Source of the DNA: Savitreella phatthalungensis
Lineage: Eukaryota
Reading direction: 5' to 3'
Assembly: GCA_051599415.1 (NCBI GenBank)
Contig: AP039690.1
Span: forward strand, 744,001-808,000
Length of the DNA: 64,000 nt
Shown: positions 9,595 through 20,577 of the stretch, piece by piece
Layout: each line of letters begins with the position of its first letter
Numbering within the stretch: the stretch's first letter is position 1
Translations under genes and position numbers: made by a program
Notes under the pieces: model-generated
Seen by the model: the letters and a program-made list of their open reading frames with translations, nothing else
The model's database searches: none
Told to the model about the DNA's origin: nothing

Positions 9595-12450
9595 TTATGA
9601 GACTGTGGTGAAGGTTGAGGATTTGACGTGATCGAGGTCGGATCTCGCTAGGCTTTTCGTCACCTGAGTCTCTCGCTTATCCTGCTGCAGTCTCACCAAC
9701 CCACCACTCACAAACCCACGCACCGACCTCAACGCCCAACCGTCAGGCAACCGTCTGATCTCATCCGCCAAGTCAAAGTACCGACCCCATCGATTGAGCA
9801 AGGCTGCAGCGCGACCACTATCTTCAGTCTCCGACGCAATGATGCGAGCTAGCAGTGCTGGGAACAACGTACATCGGACGTTGATGAGCTCGTGTTTGTC
9901 GGTGGTGCCGTAGACGAGTCTTGAGGAGGGTGCTAGTTTTGCGAAGTGAGTATCGTCGACGAGGGTGTCCTCCTGCGATGGGTGAAAAGCGGTGGTGAGG
10001 TGCCATGCTAGGCCGCCACCGCCGTGGTAGCAGTACCATTCGGCACCCTCGTAGTCGTGCAGCTGGTCCACCAGAACGTCAAGCGCCTCCTCGTGTCTGC
10101 CTGTGCGACCGGCAAGCAGGATCGTCTCTGGCAAAAGTACTTGCCGTCCCGGCTCGATTGCCTTTTCAATCATGCTCGCCTCCAGGGCGATGTCTGAGCT
10201 GAGGAAGGCGACAAGTCGTTGACGTACTCTTTGGAGATTCATCATGCGGTCTTGTAGGGCTCCAGGGTCAAGATTTGCCATCCGGGTGTCGATGTATGCA
10301 GCGTAGCTCGATTTTTCGTCGGCCGAGAGGCTGGCAAAGTCAGCTGTCCAGTTCTCTAGTTCCTTGCAGATTCCATCGTCAAAGAGGTCAACAGCTTGAA
10401 CGGCGTAGCCCGAGGCAAGCTCGGAGCAGAGCTTGACGTCACGCACGTCGTGAACGAGGATCACGAGTTCCAGAAACTTAGTGAAATCGTCCGGCAGCTG
10501 ATGTCGAATTTCGTTGACGAAGCGTTCGAGCTCCCACGTGACACGGCCCTGTTTGATGCTGTCAAAGACAAGCGCAGTCCCAGCGCGCGGATCCCGTTTC
10601 GTCAGCCAGATACCAAGCTCCCAGATATCGTCGTCGTCGCCGTACTTGACGAGCGCTCGCTCGAGGCGGTCGAGAAGATCAGGTGGCGTTTCAGGATCTG
10701 AAAGCTCGCCGTCAAGTAGACGACGCCACAGAGATAGTTGGTCTTTCCGGCGGCCCGTTTTGCGGTAGTAGTCTGCCAATAGCATCCAGCGCTGCTTGCG
10801 CTCGAGCATTGATAGGATTCCGGCTTCGTCGACGAGGTCGAGTTTGAAGAAGTCTTTCAGTTTCGGCTTGACCTCCGCACGATCCATGTCGAGCAAGATA
10901 GATAGGAGCGACTGCTCGACGATGATCTGAAGCGGCTTCGATTCGGTTGTCGATCGCTCGCGGTGCTTTGTCAAATTCCGACGGAGCAATTCTACTGCGT
11001 TGCCTTCAAGAATCTTCTGGAGTTCAGCAAGCGTCTGCGGGTCATCGACAGTATTGCTCAGATTGTCATGGATCATTGATCTGATGTTCGTCACGCCGTT
11101 CAGCGCTTTTTTCACGCCCTTGAATACCTTCACACCGTGCAGATCGGCTTCGAACTGCGGCAGGAGGGAGATGAGGATTCGTGGGTCAATGCGACCTTTA
11201 TCCAGGGTGTCAATTGCATCGTCGAAGAGGAGTTGCTGCAGGTACAGAATTCCCGCTTTTTGATTTGTGTAGGATGTCCATATTGTCTTGACGCGCTCAT
11301 CGACCGTCCTACAAGCAGTCTCTAAAGCGGACAATGCCTGTTGCAAATCACCTGCGTCGAGGAGCTCGTCTATTTGGCGGAACGGACTGCCATTCGTGAT
11401 ACTGTGGACGGATTGGTGGCCGAAGCAGAGCATCTCTGCGCTGCATTCTGCAGCTCGCAACGCATCAGTAAAGCCATCGTCATCAACATCACCTTCATCT
11501 CTGTACGAGGCGAGGGTCAATCTGTCGAGGACTTCGCTATCAGTGGCAACTGCATTCGAGACCTGTTTAAGCCCGATCATGCTTGCGGCATCGAATGTGC
11601 CTGTGATCGTTTGTGTTGCGATGTCGTGGACCTCAATCTTGCCAGATGGTAGAAGGGCATAGGCCAAGTCGTCTTTCGGAAGAATCGCCAGTGGATATTC
11701 ACTCAGCATGAGTGTACCACGGGTAATCTCTCCCTCAGTGGTGACAAACATGCCGATGGCCGTTGTGGATTCGGGCGATCCGGAGGAGAGTAGGAACTCG
11801 GTGGGTGTGACGCTGACAATCCTGGCGGTATATGGGTCATACTCTGCTCCGCTAGGTTCAGATTCTCCTTGCACAACGGAAAAGAGTGGAATCTTAGCTC
11901 GTCGTTCGAGCTCTAGGAGATCGTACGTTGCCCTTGTTGCAGCACAGACCACGCTGCCACGCTGACAGATGGCAACAGCATCATTGTACTCCAGCTCCCT
12001 TGTCAGACGGATTGTCTCGGCAGTGACCTTGATCTGACGGATCTTCTTAGCCGTGAAAACAGTCAGCTCGACAGAATTCGACTGGATGGGTGTGACAGCG
12101 TCTATGCTGCGGACCACACCGCGAACGCCCCGCACAGTCTTGAAGTCTGATGCAGGAGCGAATTCGGGAAGACGAAAGAAGGAGAGCACATCATCTGCCA
12201 GCACTGCGGCAAGACCAATTGTGGAGAGAAGAAGCAGTTCTTTCACGGGTCCAGCAGCAGATTGACGAGATGCAAGGAGGGAACTGAAGCAGCGCTCCTG
12301 TGGGTCTGCCTGATCACGATTTACAACATAGTGTAGAAGTTCGCCTGAGGAAGTACCGATGAAGATACTTGTACCATCAGCTTCTACACAGGATACATCT
12401 GTGAGCCCTGTGAGCAGGAGGGAGACCTGCATTGGTAATGATTCAGTCAT
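9595..12450 (-). CDS. Vps3/Vps39 (TGFBRAP1-like) endosomal tethering subunit, CNH beta-propeller plus alpha-solenoid
   Basis: N-terminal CNH-like region (CVEADGTSIFIGTSSG, GMFVTTEGEITRGTL), IDPRILISL, and clathrin-repeat-like GRHEEALDVLVDQLHDYEGAEWYC. No C-terminal Zn finger, which favours the Vps3 branch. Confidence 0.8.
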   Translation of the reverse strand: MTESLPMQVSLLLTGLTDVSCVEADGTSIFIGTSSGELLHYVVNRDQADPQERCFSSLLASRQSAAGPVKELLLLSTIGLAAVLADDVLSFFRLPEFAPASDFKTVRGVRGVVRSIDAVTPIQSNSVELTVFTAKKIRQIKVTAETIRLTRELEYNDAVAICQRGSVVCAATRATYDLLELERRAKIPLFSVVQGESEPSGAEYDPYTARIVSVTPTEFLLSSGSPESTTAIGMFVTTEGEITRGTLMLSEYPLAILPKDDLAYALLPSGKIEVHDIATQTITGTFDAASMIGLKQVSNAVATDSEVLDRLTLASYRDEGDVDDDGFTDALRAAECSAEMLCFGHQSVHSITNGSPFRQIDELLDAGDLQQALSALETACRTVDERVKTIWTSYTNQKAGILYLQQLLFDDAIDTLDKGRIDPRILISLLPQFEADLHGVKVFKGVKKALNGVTNIRSMIHDNLSNTVDDPQTLAELQKILEGNAVELLRRNLTKHRERSTTESKPLQIIVEQSLLSILLDMDRAEVKPKLKDFFKLDLVDEAGILSMLERKQRWMLLADYYRKTGRRKDQLSLWRRLLDGELSDPETPPDLLDRLERALVKYGDDDDIWELGIWLTKRDPRAGTALVFDSIKQGRVTWELERFVNEIRHQLPDDFTKFLELVILVHDVRDVKLCSELASGYAVQAVDLFDDGICKELENWTADFASLSADEKSSYAAYIDTRMANLDPGALQDRMMNLQRVRQRLVAFLSSDIALEASMIEKAIEPGRQVLLPETILLAGRTGRHEEALDVLVDQLHDYEGAEWYCYHGGGGLAWHLTTAFHPSQEDTLVDDTHFAKLAPSSRLVYGTTDKHELINVRCTLFPALLARIIASETEDSGRAAALLNRWGRYFDLADEIRRLPDGWALRSVRGFVSGGLVRLQQDKRETQVTKSLARSDLDHVKSSTFTTVS

Positions 12451-13061
12451 TGAGATGAGATCTGTCAGCCATGGCTTCTAATTAGCATAGACATTCATCA
12501 GCAGCTTGGCGGGGTGGGTCCGCTCTATTATCAGAACAGTCATGCTTAGAGCCGATGTGTCACAAAAGACTGAAGGAAGGGTCAGTGCTCAGGGAGCGAT
12601 GTAGGTAGATGGTGGATGTCGTGGTTGTGCATCTGAGCAGATATCTACGTACTGTGTATGTGAACATGTTCAAAATGGACATAGGGCGGCGTGTGATGAT
12701 GCACGTGACTTTCAGTCATATGATCTCCCTGTATACCTCCAATGCAGGCTAGTCAAACACGTGCAACTTGACGCCTGTGTTCTTCTTCTCATATCATCAT
12801 CATCATCATCATTAAATTTAGACCCAAAGCATGCATCGAAATAAGAGCGTCGATGGAATATTTGATTGATTGCACAATTCCATCGATCACTTTCATTTCA
12901 TGCATCACTCGACAAAAATCGATCTCTGCATGGTAAGCAAGGCACCAAATACATTCATTACATGCAGCCATAACCAGCACAACACACCTGTCGTCATATT
13001 TTATCAGCTTCATCCACTACTACACATCACTCCCGAAAGTACCACCTACTCATCTGCAGAC

Positions 13062-14438
13062 ATGGCAGACACCTTGATTGAGCATGCAGTCGATCAGTCA
13101 GGCCGTCAGCGCGGTACCTTCACTTGTCAGTCATGCAATGTCGCCTTCCATACACCAGAAGCCCAAAGGCAGCACTACCGCAGTGACTGGCATCGATACA
13201 ACCTCAAGCGCCGGGTTGCAAACCTCACCCCTGTCTCCGTAACTACATTCGCCGAGAAAGTCCTTGCACAGAAATCCCTCGCCGCAACAACAGCCGAGCG
13301 CGCAAACTTTGCAGAACGCTGTGAGCCATGCAGCAAGACCTACTACTCTGAGAATGCTTACAATAACCATCTCGGCAGCAAGCGGCATAAGGATGCCGTC
13401 CGTGCCGCCCTGAACAAGGTTGACCATATGAATCGGGATCTTCATGACACAGCATCTACGCAGGGCAGCACATTCGACCTCCACGATTCTGTCGAGCCTT
13501 CACAGGCGTCCATTTACGAGTCATCAACTGCTTCCCCTGCGAATGAGCCAGTCACCTTAGAGAATAAAGGTGCAGAGGCTACAGCAAAGACACCGCTCGA
13601 CGAGGAGGCGCAAATTCAGAAGAAACTGGACCAGGCAGTCAAGCTTCCACCCGGTGCTTGTCTGTTCTGTCGCACGGTACAGAAAGAGTCTGAGGCGGAC
13701 GATGAAGCTGATGCTCTCGCCGCTAATGTCGCACACATGGTCAAAATGCACTCACTCTTCCTACCGGAGCAAGAGTACTTGGTCGACCTTCGCGGTCTTA
13801 TTGGCTACCTTCAGACAAAGGTCGCCGTCGGCAATTTCTGCCTTGCATGCAATCGTGGATTCCGCAATCTAGAGGCATGCCGCGCTCATATGGCTTCTGT
13901 CAGCCACCGGAGAATAGCATACGAGACTGAGGAGGAACAGCTCGAGCTGTCAGACTACTATGACTTCTCAGCCTCGTGGAAGGAGGATGAAGAATGGGAG
14001 GACACCTCAGATGTCGAGGAGGGTGACGAAGATGCAGAGATTGTAAGCGAGTCTGACTCTGACGACTCAATTCTCAGCGAGCGTTTGGGTCCAGTCGCAG
14101 AAGATTTCGAGCTGCGTCTGCCGTCGGGAGCCGTTGCAGGGCACCGTGCTCTTGCAAGATACTTCAGACAGAATCTCCACCATCGAAACGTTGCCGCTGC
14201 AAATGAGGCGGAAGGTCGTGGCCGCGATGTGGGACAGCGGATGATCACAGACCGTGCACACCTAGCACGTCAGGAGCTCGTCGCCACGTCTATGCAAGGC
14301 GTCGACAAGTCGTCACGGCGCTGGGCAAACCGCCACGTCGGTACATACCAAGACGTTCGCAGGCGCGAAGACTTCAAGACACGCATGGGCTACCGTGCAA
14401 ACAACCAGAAATACTTCCGCGATCCGCTCCTACAGTAA
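13062..14438 (+). CDS. REI1: Pre-60S maturation factor Rei1/Reh1 (ZNF622)
   Basis: FTCQSCNVAF...QRQHYRSDWHRYNLKRRVA, further C2H2 fingers, LPSGAVAGHR, C-terminal NNQKYFRDPLLQ. ATG at 13062; the track start is an upstream TTG. Confidence 0.93.
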   Translation: MADTLIEHAVDQSGRQRGTFTCQSCNVAFHTPEAQRQHYRSDWHRYNLKRRVANLTPVSVTTFAEKVLAQKSLAATTAERANFAERCEPCSKTYYSENAYNNHLGSKRHKDAVRAALNKVDHMNRDLHDTASTQGSTFDLHDSVEPSQASIYESSTASPANEPVTLENKGAEATAKTPLDEEAQIQKKLDQAVKLPPGACLFCRTVQKESEADDEADALAANVAHMVKMHSLFLPEQEYLVDLRGLIGYLQTKVAVGNFCLACNRGFRNLEACRAHMASVSHRRIAYETEEEQLELSDYYDFSASWKEDEEWEDTSDVEEGDEDAEIVSESDSDDSILSERLGPVAEDFELRLPSGAVAGHRALARYFRQNLHHRNVAAANEAEGRGRDVGQRMITDRAHLARQELVATSMQGVDKSSRRWANRHVGTYQDVRRREDFKTRMGYRANNQKYFRDPLLQ

Positions 14439-14561
14439 TTCAGCTGGCGATGGATCCCTCTATTTGTCAAACGCCTTCTATATCGCTATGCTGTATACGT
14501 CTTTTTAATGATCACGTTCCAAAAGATTGAAGAATGTCCATGGCACGCTGCGATCAGAAAG

Positions 14562-15338
14562 CTAGTACGTCCTTGACTTGACCGTTGCCACTTTCCATTG
14601 TGCCGCCTCACCGTCGAGCCATTTCTCCAACAATTCCAGGTTCATCAGGTTCGCTCGCCACCGCCAATCGAGCAATCCCCCAACAATCGGAATGGCGCCC
14701 ACGACATAGTCTATCGCCAGGTACACTGCCATTCTCCCGGTCACAGCGAGCGGTAGCCCGGGGAAGAGCAAGCACAGCAGCACGAGGTAGACTCCTAGCG
14801 CAACGCCTAGCAAGTCCCCAAGCGTGAATGGGACCAAAAACGAGAGCACTGCGTCCAATGGAATACCACGAAGTGCTGGCGTCTTATCGAGTGCAAAGGC
14901 GACCGTCCGGACGTGGTTGTAGAGCGTCTGTGCTTGCGCAGGTGTTTGGACCATGGTCCTCTCTGCAAGCAAGTCTAGTCCAGAAGGCAGCGCTGCATTC
15001 TTACCAGCTTTTCTGCGGCGCTGTACGCGCGGACCGCTGTCGGACGGCGCCCCGTACACGAAGTTTGTGACGATGAACGGCGGTGGCGTGTACTGCGGTG
15101 TCCAGCCAGGCAAGTCGTCAGTCCGAGTCGAGTTCCCACTCCGACGATCATCACTACCCTGAGCAGCCTGTCGACGCCGCCGACCTCCACTTACACCACC
15201 AAACCAACCAGTCCGACCACCCACATCCTCAAACCCATCTCCGCCACGGCCGCTACCGTGCGCTGTCACAGGCGCAGAAAAAACACTCTCGCCACGAGCT
15301 AGTCCTGACAGCATAGACCATGCCTGCCACATCGACAT
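14562..15338 (-). CDS. DUF4112-family membrane protein
   Basis: LDAVLSFLVPFTLGDLLG...RMAVYLAIDYVVGAIPIVGGLLDWRWRANLMN matches the DUF4112 pattern as recalled. Confidence 0.75.
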   Translation of the reverse strand: MSMWQAWSMLSGLARGESVFSAPVTAHGSGRGGDGFEDVGGRTGWFGGVSGGRRRRQAAQGSDDRRSGNSTRTDDLPGWTPQYTPPPFIVTNFVYGAPSDSGPRVQRRRKAGKNAALPSGLDLLAERTMVQTPAQAQTLYNHVRTVAFALDKTPALRGIPLDAVLSFLVPFTLGDLLGVALGVYLVLLCLLFPGLPLAVTGRMAVYLAIDYVVGAIPIVGGLLDWRWRANLMNLELLEKWLDGEAAQWKVATVKSRTY

Positions 15339-15687
15339 ACTGAGCGCAGACTGCGCGTGATGAGTGGTGCTTCTTACTGTGCCTTAAGGAGAGACCGGGT
15401 GTTCTGTTAAATGACAGGCTACAGCGTCCATCTACGTCATTTGCAGCCAACTTTAAAAGCGATCCTCTTTTTTCGTGTTTGATCAATCTCTTTCCTCGTG
15501 TACGCATATGTGTGAGTACACTGTTATCGGAATCCAGGCTGTTGAAAGAAGACGTTGATCGTACAGAAAGACCTCACGCTCACACAACACCTATCAGACA
15601 ATTCAGATACCGTTATAGAGGCTTGCTCGTCGCGCGCGCTGTGAGAACATCGATATCGTATGCATGGATGGTCAGTTGAGCTGAAAG

Positions 15688-17514
15688 ATGACACTAGCCC
15701 ATGAGGTCGACCACAGCAATCGACCAGGGTCACCATACAAGTCCCCTAATCGCTTCGACGTCTTCAGCGATGAGAATATCCCAGAACATCAATCCGTACT
15801 GCTAGGTACTCCGATCGAGAACCATCAAACACATCGGCGACCTTTGTCAGGGGGCATCGACAAGCATGTCACAGCAAGCGGTGGTGCGATCAGGCATAGA
15901 CTCCACGCGATCAAGCATAATCAAGCTCGAGTGGATCCCAGGAGATTCTCTTTCCCAGCGGTAGGCACAGTCAAGCCGCGCTTAGAAAGTCCGTCGTCCG
16001 TCCGAGACCATAAAAAACAGCCGGGAACTCCTAAACCAGCTCTGCCTGAGTCAGCTCTGTTCGGGTCCAGGCCGCTTTCACTGTGGGACTACCTCCGAAT
16101 CGAGCTCGCCGCGACGGACACAGACGAAGCGCAAGACTTCAAGCGCGAGCGCGTGCGGAATTTTCTGACGCTCCCACTGGCGCTTGAAAGGACGCTAGCC
16201 TTTGGATTTCTAGTCTGTCTGGATGCATTCCTGTACATCTTCACTATCCTCCCACTCAGATTTGTGCGATCCACAGGTCACCTCATCATCCGTGTCTCTC
16301 AGCGCCGGCCTGGGTTGACCTCGAGTGAAAAGATTGATCTACTGCGTGGCGTCCTCATCGCTCTCACGTGCGTGGCAGTCCAAAGTCTCGACACCTCGAG
16401 GGTCTACCACATCATTCGTGGGCAGGCAGCGATCAAGCTGTATGTACTTTACAACGTACTCGAGATTGCTGACAAACTTCTCAGTGCCCTTGGGCAAGAC
16501 ATCCTCGACTGCCTATTCAGTAAGAGCACGTTTGGTCGGCGTGAAAACGGCACACAACGCCACCTTCTTCCGGCCGCGTTCTTGGTGCTCGCGCTCGTGT
16601 ACAATGTTCTCCACACGGTGCTGCTTCTTTGGCAGCTTGTGACGCTGAATGTGACTGTCAATTCGTTCAGCAACGCGCTAATGACACTCCTTCTCTCGAA
16701 CCAAGTGGTCGAGATCAAGGGAAGCGTGTTCAAAAAATTCGAGAAGGAAGGTCTCTTCCAGATCACCTGCGCAGACATGGTCGAGCGCTTCCAGATGTTC
16801 ATCATGCTGCTCATCATCGGGTTGCGGAACAGTCTCGAGCTCGTGCCGGAATCCAGTATCGACTTGCTTCAGACCGTCCTGGGACCTATGACCATGGTGC
16901 TCGGCAGCGAGGTGCTTGTGGACTGGCTCAAGCACTGCTTCATCACCAAATTCAACCATGTCAGGCCAGCAATATATGGCCGATTTACGGACGTTCTCTG
17001 TCGTGACTACGTCAAGACTGCGTCAGCCGCGTCCAACACCTACGTCGATCAATCGCCGGCCATCTCTCGCCGCATCGGTCTGCCAGTTATGCCACTCGTG
17101 TGTCTGTGCATCCGGAGTGCCGTCCAAATGGCAGGAATGTTCGTCGATGGTGAAGGTGCCAGCTTCTCTTCCCTCTCTCACGGCATGCTTCTGAGATTGG
17201 CAATTGTCATTCTGGTAGCGGCATCGATCTGGTGCACGTTGATCTTGCTGAAACTCTCACTAGGCATCAGCATCATCCGCTTTGCCCATGCCCGCTACAG
17301 CGGGCTGGCGAGATCTGCAGGCGAGGCGGAAGAACGCCGGTGGGAGCAAGACCGCAAGGAGAAGGACCTCTACCAAGGCATTGTCGAAGTCGATCGTGAC
17401 ACCAAAGCCATTCTACACAGATCACAAGACAACCTCCTGGCAGCCCAGCCTTCAAAGCACAGGGGACTTTTCGGGCTTGAGCGGTACAGTATGATCTCAA
17501 AGAGGATCTGGTAG
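15688..17514 (+). CDS. EMP65: ER membrane protein Emp65/TAPT1 (DUF747)
   Basis: LERTLAFGFLVCLDAFLYIFTILPLRF, YHIIRGQAAIKLYVLYNVLE, LLSNQVVEIKGSVFKKFEK, VDWLKHCFITKFN. Confidence 0.92.
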   Translation: MTLAHEVDHSNRPGSPYKSPNRFDVFSDENIPEHQSVLLGTPIENHQTHRRPLSGGIDKHVTASGGAIRHRLHAIKHNQARVDPRRFSFPAVGTVKPRLESPSSVRDHKKQPGTPKPALPESALFGSRPLSLWDYLRIELAATDTDEAQDFKRERVRNFLTLPLALERTLAFGFLVCLDAFLYIFTILPLRFVRSTGHLIIRVSQRRPGLTSSEKIDLLRGVLIALTCVAVQSLDTSRVYHIIRGQAAIKLYVLYNVLEIADKLLSALGQDILDCLFSKSTFGRRENGTQRHLLPAAFLVLALVYNVLHTVLLLWQLVTLNVTVNSFSNALMTLLLSNQVVEIKGSVFKKFEKEGLFQITCADMVERFQMFIMLLIIGLRNSLELVPESSIDLLQTVLGPMTMVLGSEVLVDWLKHCFITKFNHVRPAIYGRFTDVLCRDYVKTASAASNTYVDQSPAISRRIGLPVMPLVCLCIRSAVQMAGMFVDGEGASFSSLSHGMLLRLAIVILVAASIWCTLILLKLSLGISIIRFAHARYSGLARSAGEAEERRWEQDRKEKDLYQGIVEVDRDTKAILHRSQDNLLAAQPSKHRGLFGLERYSMISKRIW

Positions 17515-17776
17515 CTCTCAAGCTATCTCACTGCAAACCTACGGAGCCATGACAGAGGTCAAAGATAATGTATGATTGTTACGTGACATGCGGAAAATCG
17601 TTGTGTATTGTGGCGACCATGATTGACAGATCTGGAGATGTCATCAGCCCATACATTCCTGTCGAGGATGCACATGTCGGAATTCTGTCCATGGATCTAC
17701 CCCACAAAAAGCTGCAAATCGTATAGACACCCTAAGCACACCCTAGGTGCACAGAAGCGCTCTTTTTTTCGCGGCT

Positions 17777-18967
17777 ATGCTCGTATGGGTTTGCCTTGCT
17801 TGGCTGACAACTGCTTGGGCAGGTAGCCTCGTGTATCCTGTCTGCGAAATTGACCGGAACCTCGCTACTCTAGCATCTTCGCGGCTGACGCTTCGTCAGA
17901 TTCTCGATGGCATTGCTCTCCCGCGGACATGTCCTCGGTCCTCACGAGCATCCACCACGACGCTCGCGTACGTGACCCCCTGGAACAAAGCCGGCTACGC
18001 ATACACAGAACTCCACGCCGACCGGATAGCATTCGTCGCGCCCGTGTGGTACCAAGTCGAAGTCTCTGGCCCACAGAAACTCGCTCTCATCGGCAGCCAC
18101 GAGGCCGACAAAAACACCGCCTGGCTACAGCAACTCAACAAATCGCTCACAAGCGTGGTACCAAGATTCGAGATCAGATTCAGCTCGCAGGAGGTGCTGG
18201 AAGCTGCACTGTTCTTTCCACAGGGCGAGGTGGATGGGATTGCAAGCTCGATTGTTGGAGAGGTGCGTAAGCGCGGGTATGGCGGTGCCGTGGTGGAGGT
18301 TCCTGCGGTCGGTAAATTTCGTGAGCTCGTTCGGAAGCTCGGTACGGCGCTGCACGCAGACGGCAAGAAATTGATTGTTGTGGTGGCCCCGCAACATGAT
18401 GCTAAGTTCCCGCCACCAGTGGATAGGCACACACTTGCAGACTGGGGAAACGAGGTCGATTACGTCTCGCTGATGACGTATGATCATTCTCAGACCGTAG
18501 GCAAAGAGGTCGGGAATGCGCCAATAGGCTGGCTCAAGCGGGTGCTCGACGATCTGACTAGCGCTGACGAAGTAGACGAAGACGATGAAGACGACGACGA
18601 GTTTGCGGAAGAGAATGCGCCTCGCAAGTTCCCATCGGACAGGATTCTGCTTGGACTGAACTTCTACGGATTTTCACTAACTGCAGATGGAGTTCTCAAC
18701 ACGTTGACCGCGCAGGAATACACGTCGCTCGTTGAGTTTGCTACGATTTCAATGCCGCTAGAGGTGCAGTGGCGTGCTGAAGAAGATGTTCTCGAGCACA
18801 GGCTCGCCTCGAAGTTATGGAGCATCTGGTACCCGACCGTGCTCAGCATCCTACACAGAAAGCATCTCGCAGCTCAGTACGGCGTCGGTCTCGCCGTCTG
18901 GGAAGCGGGACAAGGACTCGCATATTTCTGGGACGCCGTCCTCGACGGGCCAGTCGCGTCGAAATGA
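17777..18967 (+). CDS. CHID1: Chitinase domain-containing protein 1 (CHID1/SI-CLP-like), secreted non-catalytic GH18 fold
   Basis: Signal peptide MLVWVCLAWLTTAWA; LAYVTPWNKAGY, VAPVWYQ, SLMTYD, NAPIGW, ILLGLNFYG, WYPT, GLAVWEAGQGLAYFWD. The DxxDxDxE catalytic motif is replaced by GYGGAVVEV. Confidence 0.85.
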   Translation: MLVWVCLAWLTTAWAGSLVYPVCEIDRNLATLASSRLTLRQILDGIALPRTCPRSSRASTTTLAYVTPWNKAGYAYTELHADRIAFVAPVWYQVEVSGPQKLALIGSHEADKNTAWLQQLNKSLTSVVPRFEIRFSSQEVLEAALFFPQGEVDGIASSIVGEVRKRGYGGAVVEVPAVGKFRELVRKLGTALHADGKKLIVVVAPQHDAKFPPPVDRHTLADWGNEVDYVSLMTYDHSQTVGKEVGNAPIGWLKRVLDDLTSADEVDEDDEDDDEFAEENAPRKFPSDRILLGLNFYGFSLTADGVLNTLTAQEYTSLVEFATISMPLEVQWRAEEDVLEHRLASKLWSIWYPTVLSILHRKHLAAQYGVGLAVWEAGQGLAYFWDAVLDGPVASK

Positions 18968-19670
18968 TATTCAGTGCGATCATAATAAAGTCAATAGTCT
19001 TGGGGTCTTCTTCAGCAACTGATTTTCTATCACGGCCGACTTTGGCAACACAGATCGGGACATACGTATCAGGCAGATGACTCGTGCAATTAGCTTGACA
19101 ATCGGTTAGCACTGAGCTGTTCTGCACCGCACCAGAACAGAAATCCACGGTCGCGGGCTCCTCGCCCCTCGCTAGTGTCAATGTTTCGAGTCAACTCACA
19201 GCTAGGAAGACACGAGACGTCGGTTTGAAGGGATCCTTCACACCTCTTGCAAGGTCCTTGTGACGACGGTCGGGCTATGACGTAAAGGCTCCATAAGGAT
19301 GACTAGGTACGCGCGTCAGCAAATTCCCAAAGGCTGGTCAGCGAGGTCCAGGTACTTCTTCTTTACCAGGGAGTGTACAAGTCGCCAGCTCAGACCGATG
19401 TTGACAGTTCCTTGCACTCGTTCCCGTCCCGAAAGTCCCGTGAGTGAGTATCCGGGTCGTGGGATGAGCTAGCGATTTTGGCGCTCCGGTGCGCAGCGCG
19501 TGATCGAGTCACCCTCATCATTTCTCCGGAATCTCGAATGCTCTAAAGGTCAGCAGGATATACAGTTCCGAGAAATACCCTCTCAGGTCTTCCTCGTCTG
19601 GGCTATTTAAAAGTTATGTTCTACCATCCAGCATGGACCGCTAGACCTCTTTGGTGCACACCTACGCAAG

Positions 19671-20084
19671 ATGATTGCAAGTGCGCTGATCCTCTTGGCC
19701 ATCGCTGTCAACGCGCTCGACACGTACATCGTGAATGAAGCGCCCGGAGGCAGCATTTCCTGCGGCGGTGTCAAAGTGACGGCGAAGGATGTCGGGACAG
19801 GTCAGTTTGTGGATCCCGATGAATTGTTTGCAGATGGAATCGCTGCGAAGATCGGTTACACGCCATGCAAAGCTCCTACCATCTGGCCTGGTGGCCTTGA
19901 ACAGCAGTCGCTTCTCCGAACCAGCGTCGAACGGCCGTCAAAGAATAAAGTCAAGCAGGCCCTCGTTGTCGCAGTCGCTGTTCAAGTGCCACCGATTGAA
20001 CCTATCACCAATGTCCACGCGTGCTGGCAAGGTCATGCTTGGTATCTCGCAGAGGACAAGGACTGGACCAAATGTGAGGGATAG
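19671..20084 (+). CDS. Small secreted cysteine-pattern protein, paralog 1 of 4 (137 aa)
   Basis: Hydrophobic signal peptide (MIASALILLAIAVNA); C-x8-DV-x2-G, YTPC, HACW-x4-W-x7-W-x2-C; TATTTAAAAG at 19604. Confidence 0.88.
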   Translation: MIASALILLAIAVNALDTYIVNEAPGGSISCGGVKVTAKDVGTGQFVDPDELFADGIAAKIGYTPCKAPTIWPGGLEQQSLLRTSVERPSKNKVKQALVVAVAVQVPPIEPITNVHACWQGHAWYLAEDKDWTKCEG

Positions 20085-20577
20085 ATAGATTATGCTATAT
20101 CCAGCCTAGGAACCCTCCCAGTTTTTTGGACGTACGTTGATTTACATGACTCAATGGGTATTCCTTGGCGAGTCATGGGATCGGTCTTGCTCGCAACACG
20201 AATACGTGCAACCACGTGATGCCATAAGTAGATGAAGCGTTTGTTGGTGACAATGGAATGATCTAGATGGCAACCAGAAGGATGTGCTGATCAATCACGC
20301 TCAAATCATCCTGTACGACGTTGCTTGAACTTCTTGCCGACACCGTGGAAGATGAGCATGCTGCTGGGCGGCAGCTTCCTTGGTCCATGGGTAAAGGTAC
20401 ATTGTCAGAAGGACAAGCCGACGAACATCAGCATGATACTGAGCTACGCAGAGACAGAGACTGTACTCATAAATGTTAGCTCAGTAGACATTTTGCGGGA
20501 GGCCACGTGGTGGAAAGTCCCTGTCATATAAACAGGTTTCCTCCTTTGAGTGGTCGTTTTGTTTGGCTCACGAAAGC

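Noticed and set aside
20325..20531. 68-aa ORF between array copies 1 and 2 as a fifth paralog
   Set aside because: TTG start, lacks the family signature, and ends within the TATA box of copy 2.
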